Assembly (NCBI GenBank): GCA_965649825.1
Contig: OZ287704.1
Location: 468,201 to 532,200 of the forward strand
Length of the DNA stretch: 64,000 nt
Origin: Penicillus capitatus
Lineage: Eukaryota; Plantae; Chlorophyta
Direction of reading: 5' to 3'
Shown here piece by piece: positions 23,088-36,466 of this stretch (position 1 is the stretch's first letter; every line of letters starts with the position of its first letter). Made by a program: the position numbers and the translations under genes. Below the pieces are notes generated by a model. It saw only the letters and a program-made list of their open reading frames with translations. It was not told where the DNA came from and made no database searches.

Positions 23088-26000
23088 TTATGTTCCTGAT
23101 GACAGATTCTCAGATTGCCCACGTCTCCTTCTGAACCTGTTCATCAGATGATTGTACTCGTAGCTCATCCAGTGCGGCAAGACACCGAAGACTCCTGCAC
23201 CGGGATCAGCGTCGTCTTCTCCTTCCCTCAGTATCTGCTTCAAGTACTCGACGACGAACTTCAGAATGTGATATGCGAAAACGATAAAAACGACAAGATT
23301 CAGCAAGACACAGGCGGCGGTGAGCAATTCTCGGGTGGCGTTATCTGTAAAATCCTCTTCCTTGAGCATGGCTGCGGCCAGTGTTGTCACCAGGGACGCA
23401 AACAGGGACACGACTTCGAATCTGTTCAGATCTTCGAATCTCCGACGGTAGGGCGCTGTCGCGATTTGTGCGACGATGGCGAGTATGATGAAGTGGGCCA
23501 GTCCTGTGATCGGCAGCACACTGTCGAAGAGGTGTGCGCAGAACACGAGAAAGGCAATGGACACCTTTCTCGCAACGACAGCCACCTCCCAGTATCGACG
23601 GCGTCCCAATCTGTAGCTTCGATACAGGAATCCCATCGTTTCGTAGACCCAGCCGTTCTTGTCCTTGAGGCACTCGACGGGACTGCTGAGAAAGATACCG
23701 AAGAGGATCAGCAATCCGCCGTACACAGGACACGCGTATGCCAGGACCACGAAGTAAAGCAGTTTGAGATGATCGCCTTCGTAGCACTTCAAACTCGTAT
23801 CCACCGCCCAGTACTTCGTCGTGCTGCTGTCTCCGACAGCTGGAGAATCGTAGACGCTGATGCAGAGGCCGACGCTCAATGCCGTCTTGAACACTGACAC
23901 GAAGGTGATGTACCACAGCACCATCAACGACAAGAGCCATCTCTTCTTCATGTAGTATCGCGGTCTGTTTGTTCTCAACTTCGCCGATTTCATCGCCCAG
24001 AACGCGATCCAGAAGAGCAGTGTGGCTGCTGGAATGACACAGACATTGACGACGGCAGCTGATATCGTCGGATGCAGGGACGGGTTATCGGAGCTTAGGC
24101 ACACGACTGAGCGGCGATTTCCGTCAGACGCGAGACCGCTGACGTACTCTACAACGTGAATGACTGACTCGCGCAGAGTGCTCGACTCTTGATCTCACCT
24201 GCAGCTTCTGCCACGACGATCAGAGGTATTGCCCATCCCACATCCAAGGAAGAAAGCAGCACAGTCACCTGAACGTAGCTGAGTGTGATCTGAGGAAGCA
24301 TCGATCATCCGTCAGAGAAGCGTTCGATTGCACATACCTTGAACATTTCGACGGCCTTCCACTTCGCGAGGACCTTTTCGGATACCGGGACTCCATCGGC
24401 CGCCCGATCCTGCTGCACTCAGTCGATAGAGCGCAGAAGATTCATTGAAACTTGCCTGTTCTTCCAGTAGTGGAGCATCGACCTGTCCGGCAGACGACGG
24501 CATTGCTCGCTGGCGGTGAAGCAATCTTTCTCTTCCGCGCGGAACGCTGAGGGTGCCGCGGATGGTGATGCCGGTCAGACCGACCAGAAACAACACCGAC
24601 AGCAAAATGAAGAAGACACTGAAGAAGCCTTCGAAGCACCTTTTGCACTTCGAGGACAAACCCGTCCCGTAGCCGTGCTCACAAGATCCACACAGTGGAC
24701 CAGTGTAACCCTGCGTAAAAGAACCGACGATCTCCCGAATCCGAGACCCGAAGACGATTGCTTGCCTTTGCACACTGGGATTGCGTGTAGTTCTGTATCC
24801 AGGCTTCGTCGGAGGGGCAGCTGTCCAACTCCTCAGTAAGCTTCGTCAGTTCGTCTGAACGGCCTTCGAATCTGCAGGCATGCGACGTCAGACACTTCCG
24901 CAGATGCGCCGAGCACGGTGTCTTCTGCCAGTATCCTTCGTCTGGTAGTATAATACGACCCTCGCAGTTGCCATTCATTGGACATGGATGGCAAACGTTC
25001 GCTGTGTGGACGAAGTTGTAGGTTGTGCTGCTACAGTCGGCGCAGAGGGAACCAGCGGACACCACTTCGCCGATCGAACAGTTTCTGACGCTCACGACAA
25101 TCGTTATACTCTCGACCGCCTCATCATCGAACTGTAAGGTCAGATTGTGATCTCCTGCCGGGACGAAGCCTCTGATGCCGCGGAAAGCTGCGGTTCCATG
25201 TTTCATCTCTATGGTAACGGTTCCGATCAGGAAGTCGTCCAGTGAGGACAGGCTGGCTTTCACTGGACGACGCGTTCGTGCAGGTCCCTGTCTCAGTTCA
25301 TCCAATAGCTCTACCATCATGGTGGGCATCTCCTTCCCGCTTCGATGCTCTTCGAACACATACTCTTCTCCACTGTCGGTCTTCGATTCTTTGGAGCCTT
25401 TGATTGTCATTTGCGCTATTGCTGGATAAGTCCCGACGTCGGGACCGTAGTTTGTGGCTTGATTGTGCCGCCAAGACGAGCATATGTCGTCGATGGATTT
25501 GAGATGGAACAGGAATTGCCATTCTCTCTGTTCGTAGAAGACCAGATCGGCATCTCCGGCCGCCGAGCAGCGAAATCGGATGGCGTCTAAGTAGCTTGCG
25601 TGAATGGCTCCCCCGGCAATCTCAGCACTGTTCCTCGAGAACGTTGTGTTTGTCACGGCAATGGATGGACAGTCGGCGCTCTCTTTGAGGCATTTCTGCC
25701 TCTTTTGGCTGCAATCGTAGAAGAGTCCCCCTGAGGAAAGTTCTCAATGGTCCGGTGTTCACGGATCGGATGCTTACCCCCAAGAGTGGCTCTGTTCATC
25801 AGTATTCTGCTATGGACCAATTGGAGGGCGAGAACCTGATCGGCGCTGGCTTCGAAGAGGATAGCACCGCCGTTACCATTCGCTGCAGAGTTCTCTCTGA
25901 GCGTGCAATTGACACAGAGAAGCGTCGAGGATGTGCTGCCCATGATGGCACCCCCATGGGAGTGCGCCTCGCAACGATCTATGTAAAGACTTTTTGCCAC

Positions 26001-28400
26001 GAATTCGGAATCTGTCAGCGCAATTGCTCCCCCCTTCTTCGATCTCCCATGCGTCATTCGTGAATTGCTTATGAGAATCGAACTGTTTTGTTCTCCAGAA
26101 ACGAAACCACCGGAAACCTGCGCTTTGCCATCCGAGAAGAGCGAACCAGTGTCGTTCACCGTCGAGTCTTCGGCACATACAGAGCCTCCCAGATTGGCAG
26201 TATTGTTACTTGCTTTCGTGCCTGTCAACTCAAGCATTGAATCTCTTACGTGGATGAAACCACCACGCTTTGCGCTGTTGCTTGTGGCCTGCGTTTCTGC
26301 GAGACGGACTCTTGAACAAAAGGATTCGAGGAAGCCTCCCCTATCCGCGTAATTTCCAATTGCTTTTGTTCCCTTCATGTCGAGTGTCGAGAACAGCGTC
26401 ATGACAAGGCCTCCGCTCAACGCAGTGTTGTTGACTGCCTTTGTCCTGGCAAACTCAACTGTGGAGTTCCTGGCCATGATAAATCCTCCCAGTTGAGCAG
26501 TATTGTTTATTGCCAAAGTTTGATCCAAAGAGATGACAGACTCGATTGCATGGACGAAGCCGCCCATCCCGCCGTTCACTATTTCATATGTCTTGCTTCT
26601 TGATTTGGATGGAACCTCCTGTCTCACATCTGGGATGATCGTACGATAAGGAACTTGGTTGTTAATTGCACGTGTCTTCACAAACGAAAGTGTCGATCTG
26701 TCGGCAAAGATAAAGCCGCCAGCCACTTTGGCACGATTGTTATATGCCTTCGTCGATGAAAGTTTCAGATTTGAGTTAACTGCAAATATAAATCCTCCTC
26801 GATAAGAAGCACGATTGTTATATGCCTTCGTCGATGAAAGTTTCAGAGTCGAGTTCACTGCAAATATAAATCCTCCATCGCGATAAGCTCCGTTTTCTGT
26901 GGCTTCTATCGAAGACAGCTTGAGAATTGATCGTTTTGCATGAATGCAAGGACCGTTGTCTGCACCGTTCCCATGGAAGGTAGAATGGGACAAAGTGACA
27001 GTCGAGTTTGTTGTTTGGATGACGGATTCAGAATCTTGAGGATGGTTCTTCATGAAGCGGATATTATCCATTTCCGCAGATGATTCGATCAATACCAGGC
27101 AAGGAAGTCCGTTCTCATTGAACGACGAATTCGACATGGAGATAAATGCATCTTCAATTCGAAAGATATAACATTCGTTTTCAGCTGCTGTTAGTCTTTT
27201 GACGTTCGTATGGGATCCAGGGGCACCGAAAACAGGGCTGTAGATTGTCCCGGTCTGCCAAAGGTCATTTTGGTGACTGTGCAATTCTCCAGTCTGTTCT
27301 TTGTTGAGAGAATGGCTCCACATGCACTACTTGGGCATACCGTGTTATGGAAATCGACGTTAAATAACTCCGACTCGGAGCAAGATGGAGAAGCCATTTG
27401 AAGACCTCTCACATCAGTGCCATTTTGAAAGACGACATGGTGCAGACGCACCTGGCCAGTTATGTCTCCAGTACCACACGCTCCAACCTCGATTATTGAG
27501 TCCCGGAGCTGACATTGTTCGAATATCAGATTAGCAAACGTTACACTCTTTGTCCTGCGGGAATAGATGAAGGTGGTGAGTTTTCAGAGAATTCTTACTT
27601 TACGACGAATATGCCAGCTCTGGAGTGCTGTAGACACGTAATCTCGTCTTCGTTTTCGAACGAGGAACCATTTCTCCGTCACGGATAGGTGCGTGGACGT
27701 GTGCACTCAGGGTTAATTCCCAAGGAATGGTGACTGTCGATCTTGACTCGATGATGCAGCTTACATTGAACAGGATGATGTCGCCTCGCTGAGTGCAGTC
27801 GATCAAAGATTGCAAATCGTGATCAATACCGCTAAGGAAGGTTTCATCCACAAACCACGTTCTGCTGTCCGCGTCCAAGTATCTGTCGATAGCATCTTCT
27901 GTCAAATAACACTGAACACCAGAACGATCAGAACCCAAGGAGGTTGTCTGTCTGTATCGAAAAGAAGTTAAAACAATTCGTGCCTATGGGATATTTACTC
28001 ATAAGAAGGAATGTCTGACAGCAGTGAAAATCTCCCCTACAACGACAAAGAAATGAAACTGTCACACTCTTTGGCCCAGACAATTTAACCGTTGGCTCTG
28101 AGTGTCCATATTCGGCATACTGGACTGAGATCCCGGCGGGTCGAAAACAGGTCTGTACGTCGAATATGACAAGGCGTGGAAGCTGACCTGTTTAATAACA
28201 AAACATGAAGGAAAAAACCAAGACAGTGGCAGAATACGAGCAATAGTCGGCGAACCCGTTAGACCAAAATGACCTCGAAGAACCAAGCTCGAACAGTCTG
28301 GGTAGCGCGCCAACGCCTCCAGACACATGCATAGCAGCAGAAGAAGCCTTCGCAGCGTTAAGCAACCAACATTTTTTGCATTCGTTTGCGAAAACATCAT
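23088..28400 (-). pseudogene. Large receptor-like gene: signal peptide, Pmp/pectin-lyase-fold GGA(I)..FxxN repeats, Cys-rich region and multi-TM C-terminal domain; two 5' frameshifts
   Basis: Repeated N.A..GGF/GGA motifs (25653-27323), CxxC..G..YNF, GYWQ..P, CAKGYTGPLCGSC, SYVQV, YWAVDT..KCYEGDH, GFLYRSY..YWE..RK and about 7-9 hydrophobic segments. Reading frames require a 1-nt shift near 27641 (R-F-TC motif) and another near 27225. The 3' portion splices cleanly. Confidence 0.8.
26731..26886 (-). repeat. Recent 78-nt (26-codon) intragenic tandem duplication of one Pmp repeat
   Basis: GGFIFAVNS(T/N)LKLSSTKAYNNRA occurs twice. DNA is nearly identical at an offset of 78. Confidence 0.92.
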
Positions 28401-30888
28401 CTGAAATAAGGCCGTGGGATGCGAAAACGTAATCACTTGATCGGTTTTCGTGACAAGATGGAGCGACAAGACCCAACACGCACTGTCTTACCACAACTGA
28501 ATGGGCCGCCTATCCTCATCTCTTTGTCGCTGTTCCAAACGTCCTCTTCTCGATTAATCGGCTCATGACAACAGCAACGTCGTCAACGAGTTCTGCAAGT
28601 GGTTCCTAACAACAAGGCAATGACGTGGTGGAGCATTTTTTCAGGTGAATTAGCAGGTGAACAAACTCTTCTTTCGTAAAACATTGTGTCTTCGAAAGCC
28701 ATCTGCGTCTGGAATTCAGATTGCCGCTCCATGTACAGCATGTGACGAAAATCCAAGAAATGCGACAAGGCATCTCTTCGATCAGAAGTAGAGACGACGA
28801 TGGCCGATTCTTAGCCATTCTTGTCTTCGCATCGCGTCGTTGCGATTCGTTTCCGCTACGGGCGCTAGTCCGACCTTCCACGGCCTGCGGACGACACCTT
28901 CTTGCTAACTTCGCCGTTTAACTTATTCTCCACAGCAGAACAGTCGTGCGCATATGACCTGATCACTTCTGCCTGAACACGGATGCAGCAGTTCTCCGCG
29001 ATCTCCTTGGGATCCTCGTGCGCCGACGAGAGAATCTGCTCCCTGTCCACCAGACACTGATCCTGAGACTTCGCTGTTGCTTCGCACTGATCCAGATCTT
29101 GGCCACGCCTGCAGATGCATTCAAACTGTTCGATCACAGCTTCAGGCAATGGACAAGAAGTACTGTGAGGATTCCTGCATCAGGATGTCGTGTGTCCCAT
29201 CAAGCTCCGCTTTTCTGCTTGGGCGCGCGAGGTGACAGGAAAGTGGTGCGAGAGAGAGAGACTACTTGTTGTCCAGTGCTGCCTGTCCTCCTTGGCTGCA
29301 CGCTCTCTTGTTTTGCATCCCTGTCGACTAATAGAGCTTGTACGTTGCCATCTGGAGCTTTGTCCGTTCCGAAAAAGCATTTTCATTGTCGATCATATCT
29401 TCCGCCAGCTCTAGGAAGAAGTTATGCCTGCATTCCAGTTTGCGCACTTCCATTGCCGATGGCTCTCCGTGTGAAGAAATCCCCACGCGAGTAAATCGAT
29501 CTGTTCTTCACGCTGAGTGAGAGACATCCCTGCACACATGACCCTTGAATCGAATCCTCCAGATAATGAGATCAGATTGATTGCGTCTCATCAAGCCTCC
29601 TCTTCTGTACATCCAAGAAAATCAGACGTCGCCGGATGCAGTCGTTGCGTGCCTTTACTTTATCTCGACAAGCATTGGCGAATCCTGCCGTCTTGCTTTC
29701 AAACTCCTCTTGCTCTTCTTTGAGTTCCTTTTCTCCATAAACAAGACATAGCAGAGTTTCTCTGGATACGTGATCGAATTCCAATTGACTCTCGACTAAG
29801 ATCTAGATTCTTTTGGGCGAGAGACTCCCCGGTCAAGTTCACCGCGGCCTCTATATCCAGCAACCCTTGATTCCAGGCTTCAAGTTCACTCTTAAAGCGG
29901 AGAACACGTAGTCAATCGCGTCTGTGAACTTCGATTGCTTTTTTAGTCTGCTAACATGTGCTCGGGGTTCTTCGTACATGATATTCTTATAGATGGTGTA
30001 AGTGTCATCGAACGCTTCAGTGCGTGATGAGTGTTTACTGCGGTGCGCGGAACAATGCTCGCTCCTAAATCGTTTATTTCCAGAGACACGATATCTGCTG
30101 CAAGGAACGAACACACAGCCGAGTGTTCATCCATTCGTGCGCGGTGTCGTAAGTGATGGGACGTTTGCCTCAGTCATGTCTCTTGTCGCGGTAACCTCAA
30201 TGTGGGGACATGAGATTTCGTCTCCGTGTCAGAATGCTGAAACCCTCCAAAGCGACCATTCAGACGCCTTGCTCTTCGTTCCAAAAGATCTGTGTTTAAG
30301 TGGCGAAGATCCTGTGCAAAGAAAAATTGAGTTGTGATCAGATTTAAGAGTGTGCGATATCTTCAATGATCAACGCTGTCTTCTTCTACTTTTTGTAAAG
30401 CTGCAGAATCTTATCTGTGCGGTCTGCGAACTGACAGCGGCGTTTCCTGAACGAAGAGGACTGTGAAAAGATTGCACATTTCCACGCGGGTTTCCGTGTT
30501 CCACATGGCGAGTTTATGCTCACCACTACACGACTGACGTTTTGTCACCTTTGCAATTTCACCTGTACTAGTCGTTGGGACAAGATTCTGAAAGTAATCT
30601 ATTCCGCTGCTTCTTGTAGACTGGTCACCCGATTCCTATCCCGTTTCTTTCACAGAGTAATTCGCACAATAACCCAAAGGTGTTTCCATATCAAATAGTA
30701 AACCGTACTTAAGGAGGACTACTTTCTTTGTCTCCTATTGTGACGTCGAACGGAAAGTGATACGTTTCTAGGATAATACGATTGGTACTCGGAGACGTCT
30801 CGCGTGTCCTTTGAGTCAGTCAGTAGGGTCGACGCGATCCAACACAGGCGAGGAAGCAGAATGCGTAAATGAAATTAATGCTGATCGT

Positions 30889-33455
30889 TTAATCTGGCCC
30901 CAGTTTGTCCAGAAGAGTGACCTTGACGTTGAGGGTCAACCAACCGTTCTTCACAAAACCGAGTTTTTCGTCCTCCACTTCGAGACAACTCAGCGACCAA
31001 TTGAGATGTTGACCGCGATCTGGAGAAATCACCAGCTCCTCCTCTACATGAGATCTGTCAGTGGACCAAGGTAGCCGGTGGCGTATTACCTTGAACACTT
31101 TCGTCGTTTGGTTGTGTGTGCGTGACAACGCGGAGTTCGACAAGGATACGTATCCTCTCTTTTGACCAGTTGCCAACGGTCAGTTTCGTACTCTTCGTTT
31201 TCGAATCGGTATCGGGAGACCGAAGTTCCAACGCTCTGCTCAATGCAAACGGCTCAAGAGCTAAAAGTCGAAGAGATAAGGGCGAGTAGGTAATGCTTAC
31301 ATGGGGATGTCATTGATCCAGAATTTCTCTGGAATCATGCAACCTGGGTTCAACTGTGTGTATCTCACTCTCCACTAGAACACAACTTCAGTCCCTGGAA
31401 GAGATGAGGAGGCCAATCATGCTGTGCAATTGGCAGTCTTTCCGTCAATGGCATAACAAAAGTTTTCGTTGTCTTCAAGACGAAGCCTCAGATTCAAGCG
31501 GACAAGGAAGAAATCGTGTTTCAGGAACCCAGAGGACGAGTCCATGAGGTCCTTGACGGTGGTGCACAAAGTAGACTTCCCGATGAAGCTTTCAGGGTGT
31601 ATAATGAAACGGTAATCTTTAGCAGTCAAATCGGCACGTCAATGATCGAAGAATATGCAAAAACGATTGCTTACTGCAGGTCTTGTTCTTTGTTGCGTCT
31701 TTGAAGTTAACGACCTTCGTTGTGGAATGAACCCAAGCCTCCGGCCCCTGCGTAGCACCAATAGAGAGTCCGATGTCTGCATTTTCTTCTCTCTTGATGT
31801 CGAACTCCCTGGTTGGCAGCATGACAGTGTGGGATGTGACATGACAGAATTCAGAATTACCGACCATGTGCGGTCGTTCATCACAAAAGACTTAGAGAAC
31901 AGTCCCTTCGGATTCTCCAACAGAGACCGGTGCACACAGCACTGGGGAAGACTACCAGTCTGCAACGAGAAGGGAAGCAGGCTGAATTACCTCGTAGTAG
32001 GCGTACCACTTGGACTTGGCGAGCAGATAGGCGTGCTCAACGCCGTTATCGACACCAGTACCCTCTGCGTTTCGAACACATCTCAGAAAGAGCGGAGCAG
32101 AAAGCAGACATCGACCTTCGATCTCTACGCTCATCTTGTTGTCGATCTCCAGAGAGCTTCCTTCTTTCTCTTCTACCTCTCTTCTTTGGCGAAGCATCTC
32201 CAGCGCGAACTGTCTGCAGCTCATAAAGGAGATCCTTGCGCTCAGCGTGATCCAACCATCTTGCACGAAGCCACTTGTCTTGGCTTCAAGCTCGCTTTTC
32301 TTTGCGAGGTGGATCCAGTCCGTCTGGGATCCCTGGCCACGCAGATAGAGCATCTCTGCGAGCAAAACAGGACTCATCAGAGCGAGAGAGAGGCAGAAAA
32401 TGGTATCACCGAGAGAAGAGGCGGCTCCAGTGACTTCGCGGTTCAGGATGGAGCACAACAAGCGTCCGTAGAGGGGACTGCCTCCCGTGTGTTGCATCGA
32501 CAGATCCAAATCTGTCGAATGAGAATTCGATCCATACGGTCGGATTTCTAAGCTCCTGTGTGACCAACCGTCAAACAAGAGTAACAATTGCGAGTAACGA
32601 GTATCATACAGTGTGCAACCGCCTGTGTCAAAGTCGTCTGTCGTTAGAGTAAATGGGCTCATCTGTTTGAGGTGTCTCAACTTCCACTGACGTACACATA
32701 ACCTGTTCCGAAAAGAGAGAGGCAAGGAGGAGAGACGACCTCGCACACAGCGTCCCCTCCCTGGAAGGAGAGCTTCCAAAGCTCGCTCTCCGGACACCGG
32801 ATTCTCAGTTCCAGGCGCAGCGTGAAGTAGTCGCCATTAAGGAAACGTGTGCAGCGATTCTTGACGTCCTCAATCCTCGCCATGTCGCGAATTCCGTGCC
32901 GACAATCGAACGGACGGAAGACACAAGAGACATCTAGACAAGGAATAGATACAGTTCAGGAACTTGGAGACGTCAGTAAATTCTCTTTTGGCAACTTTCG
33001 CAGATGTTCTGCTTCTCGTCCTCCCAGTTGACGAGAGTCAGAGAGAAGTAAGCCTTGACCACTCTCCAGTTCCGAGAACAGAGACAAGTTCTAAGGTTCC
33101 CTGTCGCCGAGTTCTCGACTTCGATGCACCTTCATCACAGAACACGAACACGAGTACTCTGAGATGTCCACTGGGTCCTCCCTTACCAATGATGACCATT
33201 GACTTCGAAGTTACACGAAAACATTCTCGTGTTCTTTTTCTCCAAAAAAGAGTGATGCACACGCCACTAGCAGAATGCATCACGTAACGATTTCAACGAG
33301 TCTGGTGACCTTACTTCGTAAGTCGCGTACCACGCATGCTTCTTCAACGTATAAGCGTGGGGGATGCCTTTCGTAACTTGGTTTCCCTCTGAGGGCGACT
33401 TCAGTTCACGCGCCGTGCAAACGTGGCACACCTTCAGCGTGTATCGTCGTTCCAT
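30889..33455 (-). CDS. Multi-exon protein with four MATH/TRAF-like domains, copy 1
   Basis: Spliced motifs W..H..FL...FS.NFEVNGHHW, AYFSLTLVNW, RFLNGDYFTLRLEL, QWKL..DFDTGG, ELE.KTSGFVQDGWITL, DLMDSSSGFLKHDFFLV and EDEKLGFVKNGWLTLNV resemble MATH N- and C-terminal strands. ATG at 33455, about 11 short GT-AG introns. Not every junction was checked. Confidence 0.78.
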
Positions 33456-34984
33456 CCGATAGTTTTTTAATGTTATGCGCTCCGAGGTTAGCGTCGCATT
33501 TATAGCCGCACGGCTGAACGCTGAGCCCGTCGTTGACGCACGGCAACGGCCATTGTTGTTTGTCTCGCTCCATTCTGCTGAATAATAAACACAGTGTGGC
33601 GGCGTTCTCAGATGACACGGAAAAAAGGAAGTCGAAAGAAAGCTTAATACAGCGTGACTCTTTGACTTCCCCTTTTATGGAGCTGGAGTGGGAATCCATT
33701 TATCACATCTGTGTCTCTTGAGCTGTAATCCGACACGTAAAAATGGCGACACGTAGTCTAATGGTAACTGTGCGCAATGCGGTCTTCTAGATGTGTCTCA
33801 CTGCGCAACGAAGGCAAGAGATTACGACGTGGCAGTTAGACTTGACGCGCAGAGCTTGACGAACGACAGTAAAATTAGCGCTCTCCGTGTCTATAGCATT
33901 GAAGAGATCGGCCTTCACGTCGGAACCGCTTTTTCTGGATCACGGCAGCCGTCGACTGTTCTTTAAAACAGAGGTCCATCTGCATTCTGCGCCTTTGATC
34001 AGAGCTGAGAGAATAGGAGATGTATTTTTCAGCTATGTTGGTTCGCTGAATGCATGCGGAGTCTTGTGTTTCCTGCATGCTTTGGGTGAGAGGTATGGCA
34101 TTCACTGCGTTGGACAGACCACGATTGACTCTACAGATGGTGTCCGACAATTGCTCACCTCTTCCATCTTGCAGATGAAGCATTTGAAGATTGAACTGTT
34201 ACAAATCATTAGAAGAGGTTCTATGACATATCAGATGACATGCACATTCAACAATGAGTTACTGCTTTCTTCCACGAATGATTTCGAAGCGAAGCAAAGC
34301 CGAGCTTTTATGTGACGAATAATGCATGCAGAGATTCCGTGGTGTTGTTGCCTGTGACTCGTGAGGGGAGGCAGAACATCCGATCGACAAGACAGCTCGA
34401 ACTCTGCCGCTGCCGGGACCGCTGTTTTAATGATCCTTTGTGCGGGCTTCTCTGACTTCAACAGATGAACCATGCAATGCAGTGGGGTGAAATGGGGCTG
34501 GGAAGGTTTGCCTAGTCATCTGTAAAAAGTGGGTTTCAATCCAGAACCGCAGAACGAAGACTCGACTAACCAAACGACTGCGTCACCACATAATGCAGAA
34601 AAACGCAATATCCCTTAGCGACATAAAGACAAGCGTACATCAAGACTCGAAACAATCATTGCGCGGTACATGAGCATCCAAACAATCGTCATCAGGGCCA
34701 CAATGGATCGGCTTTGTTTTAGTGGACAGCAAGGTAAATCGAGAGGAAGAGAATAACCTGTGCGCACTTTGCCTCGTCGAGATCAGAGTACTGAAAGCCA
34801 AGATGAAATATGACACAACCGAAAACCTGCAGCTGAGCATATGTGCGGCTTACTTATCACATCAGTTTATGTATTGATCATCTCTGACATTTATGCAAGA
34901 ACTCTATAGAAGGCTGAAGGTGAGCTTATCACAAAAGGTTGTCTGAAGCTTTTCTACTGCGCTGTGAGGGAAGCCACACGCTTA

Positions 34985-35240
34985 CAAGATCTCAAAAGTT
35001 CTTGTGGACCAGATGGCGCCACTCTCTGTCCGCTTTTGCTTGAAAAAACGAACATACTTCGTCATCTGGAGGAACTGGGCTTTTACTTGACCTGCTAAAC
35101 TTACTCTTCTTGTTGATCTCTACAATCTGCTCTTTAGAATTCGAGAGAGGCCTCCTGTATACTTTATCGACTCCCTGTGCTTGCTCGTTCGCTTTTTTGA
35201 AGATGGCAGGTGTGAACTTCAATTCAAGTACCGGATTCAG
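34985..35240 (-). pseudogene. SPF27 remnant (exon 4, intron 4, part of exon 5)
   Basis: KFTPAIFKKANEQAQGVDKVYRRPLSNSKEQIVEINKK..DREWRHLVHKNF vs KFAPAVWKKANEQSHRVDDEYRNALSSSKEQIAEINKK..DREWHHLIRKNF. Has a deletion and a +1 frameshift/stop. Confidence 0.88.
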
Positions 35241-35299
35241 TGTTATGCTTCAGCCGGGACACTGTCCTCGCAACGAACTGTAAACATACATCTCGAGAA

Positions 35300-35810
35300 T
35301 GCAGACTTCAGAATGAAGTTGTCGACTGCCGCCCGATCTACAATTCATGTTTCCAGATAGAGATTTCTACAATCCTTAGTTTGTCGTTTTCTAGGTATCT
35401 TTTTCGATGCGTTAAAACCGCTGCCAAAGTTACCCGTTCAATTGCTGGCACTCGATTACTGCTTATCATCAACATAGAAGAGGAGAAAGGATGCGCCATG
35501 TTGGCATCTCCGAGACTTCGTGACTTCTGTGTTTCAGCAACTGCTGAGACCATCGAAGATGCAGCCATCTATTCTTCGTTTCCACCGGTAGCGTTTGGTG
35601 TTGCGTTGAAAACGACATTGATGAGAGTCTTCTGCAAAGAAGCTGCTAAGCGAAGCGTTCGTCGTTTCGATCGCTGTGCGGACCAATTGATCTTCGGCGT
35701 TTGCGTGCGACTGCGAACTTTTCTATGCGGCAGCCAACGCAGAAAAGATTGCCTTACCGAGATGAGCCCATTGACGAATAAGGGTCCGTTTAAAAAACTG
35801 CATTTCATGG
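35300..35810 (-). pseudogene. Older paralog fragment of gene X
   Basis: Patchy DNA similarity to about 5990-6270 (TGCAAAGA...TTCGTCGTT.GATC) and peptide SAVAETQKSRSLGDAN vs SAAAEADERDFDTN. It sits next to the SPF27 remnant, as gene X sits next to SPF27. Confidence 0.35.
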
Positions 35811-36466
35811 CATGTCAGCTCTGTGTAAAGACAGGATTGTTCGAAGTAGGACATCCGTGGCTTACGTATCCACGCGAGAGACAACAGAATAGCCGCGTTA
35901 CGATGCCGAAAACGATCGAGATGCTCTTAACACCGTGGCTTTCGTGCGTGTCTATTGAATCTGTCTCTGTCTGTGTTCCTTCGTGACGTGACGATGCGCA
36001 GTGAGTGAGTGGCCTTCCTTTAGCCAGCACTCTGTACAATGCGCGTTAGGAGAGCGAGTTCGTCCTATGGCAGATCGAAGTCTGAGACTGAGTCGACAGA
36101 CGCTTGGTTAGCCACTGTCTTTCCGATTTGCGGTGTGGAATGGGCTCGGGCGTTTTCCAAAGGCCAGTCAGAATGCAGCATTGCAATGGGAAACTGCCAC
36201 ACGGGAGAACCGTTGTTCTCCGTTATCGACTGCACGTGGAGCGATGATTTCCAGCATCTATGGCAACACCTGGAATGCCTAGTTTAATAAAGATTGTGTT
36301 CGTGCAACAGCCTCTCGACTCTAAGGAGGGCTGTTGATAAAGTGTACAGCTGAATTCGTCTAATCGTTAATGAAAGCGGAAAAAAACAGTTCGAATGACT
36401 GACGATCCGTCACAGCAAGGGATTCAGAAGCGTCGTTTTGCAGCGATGGCTCAATCTGCGACGCCG

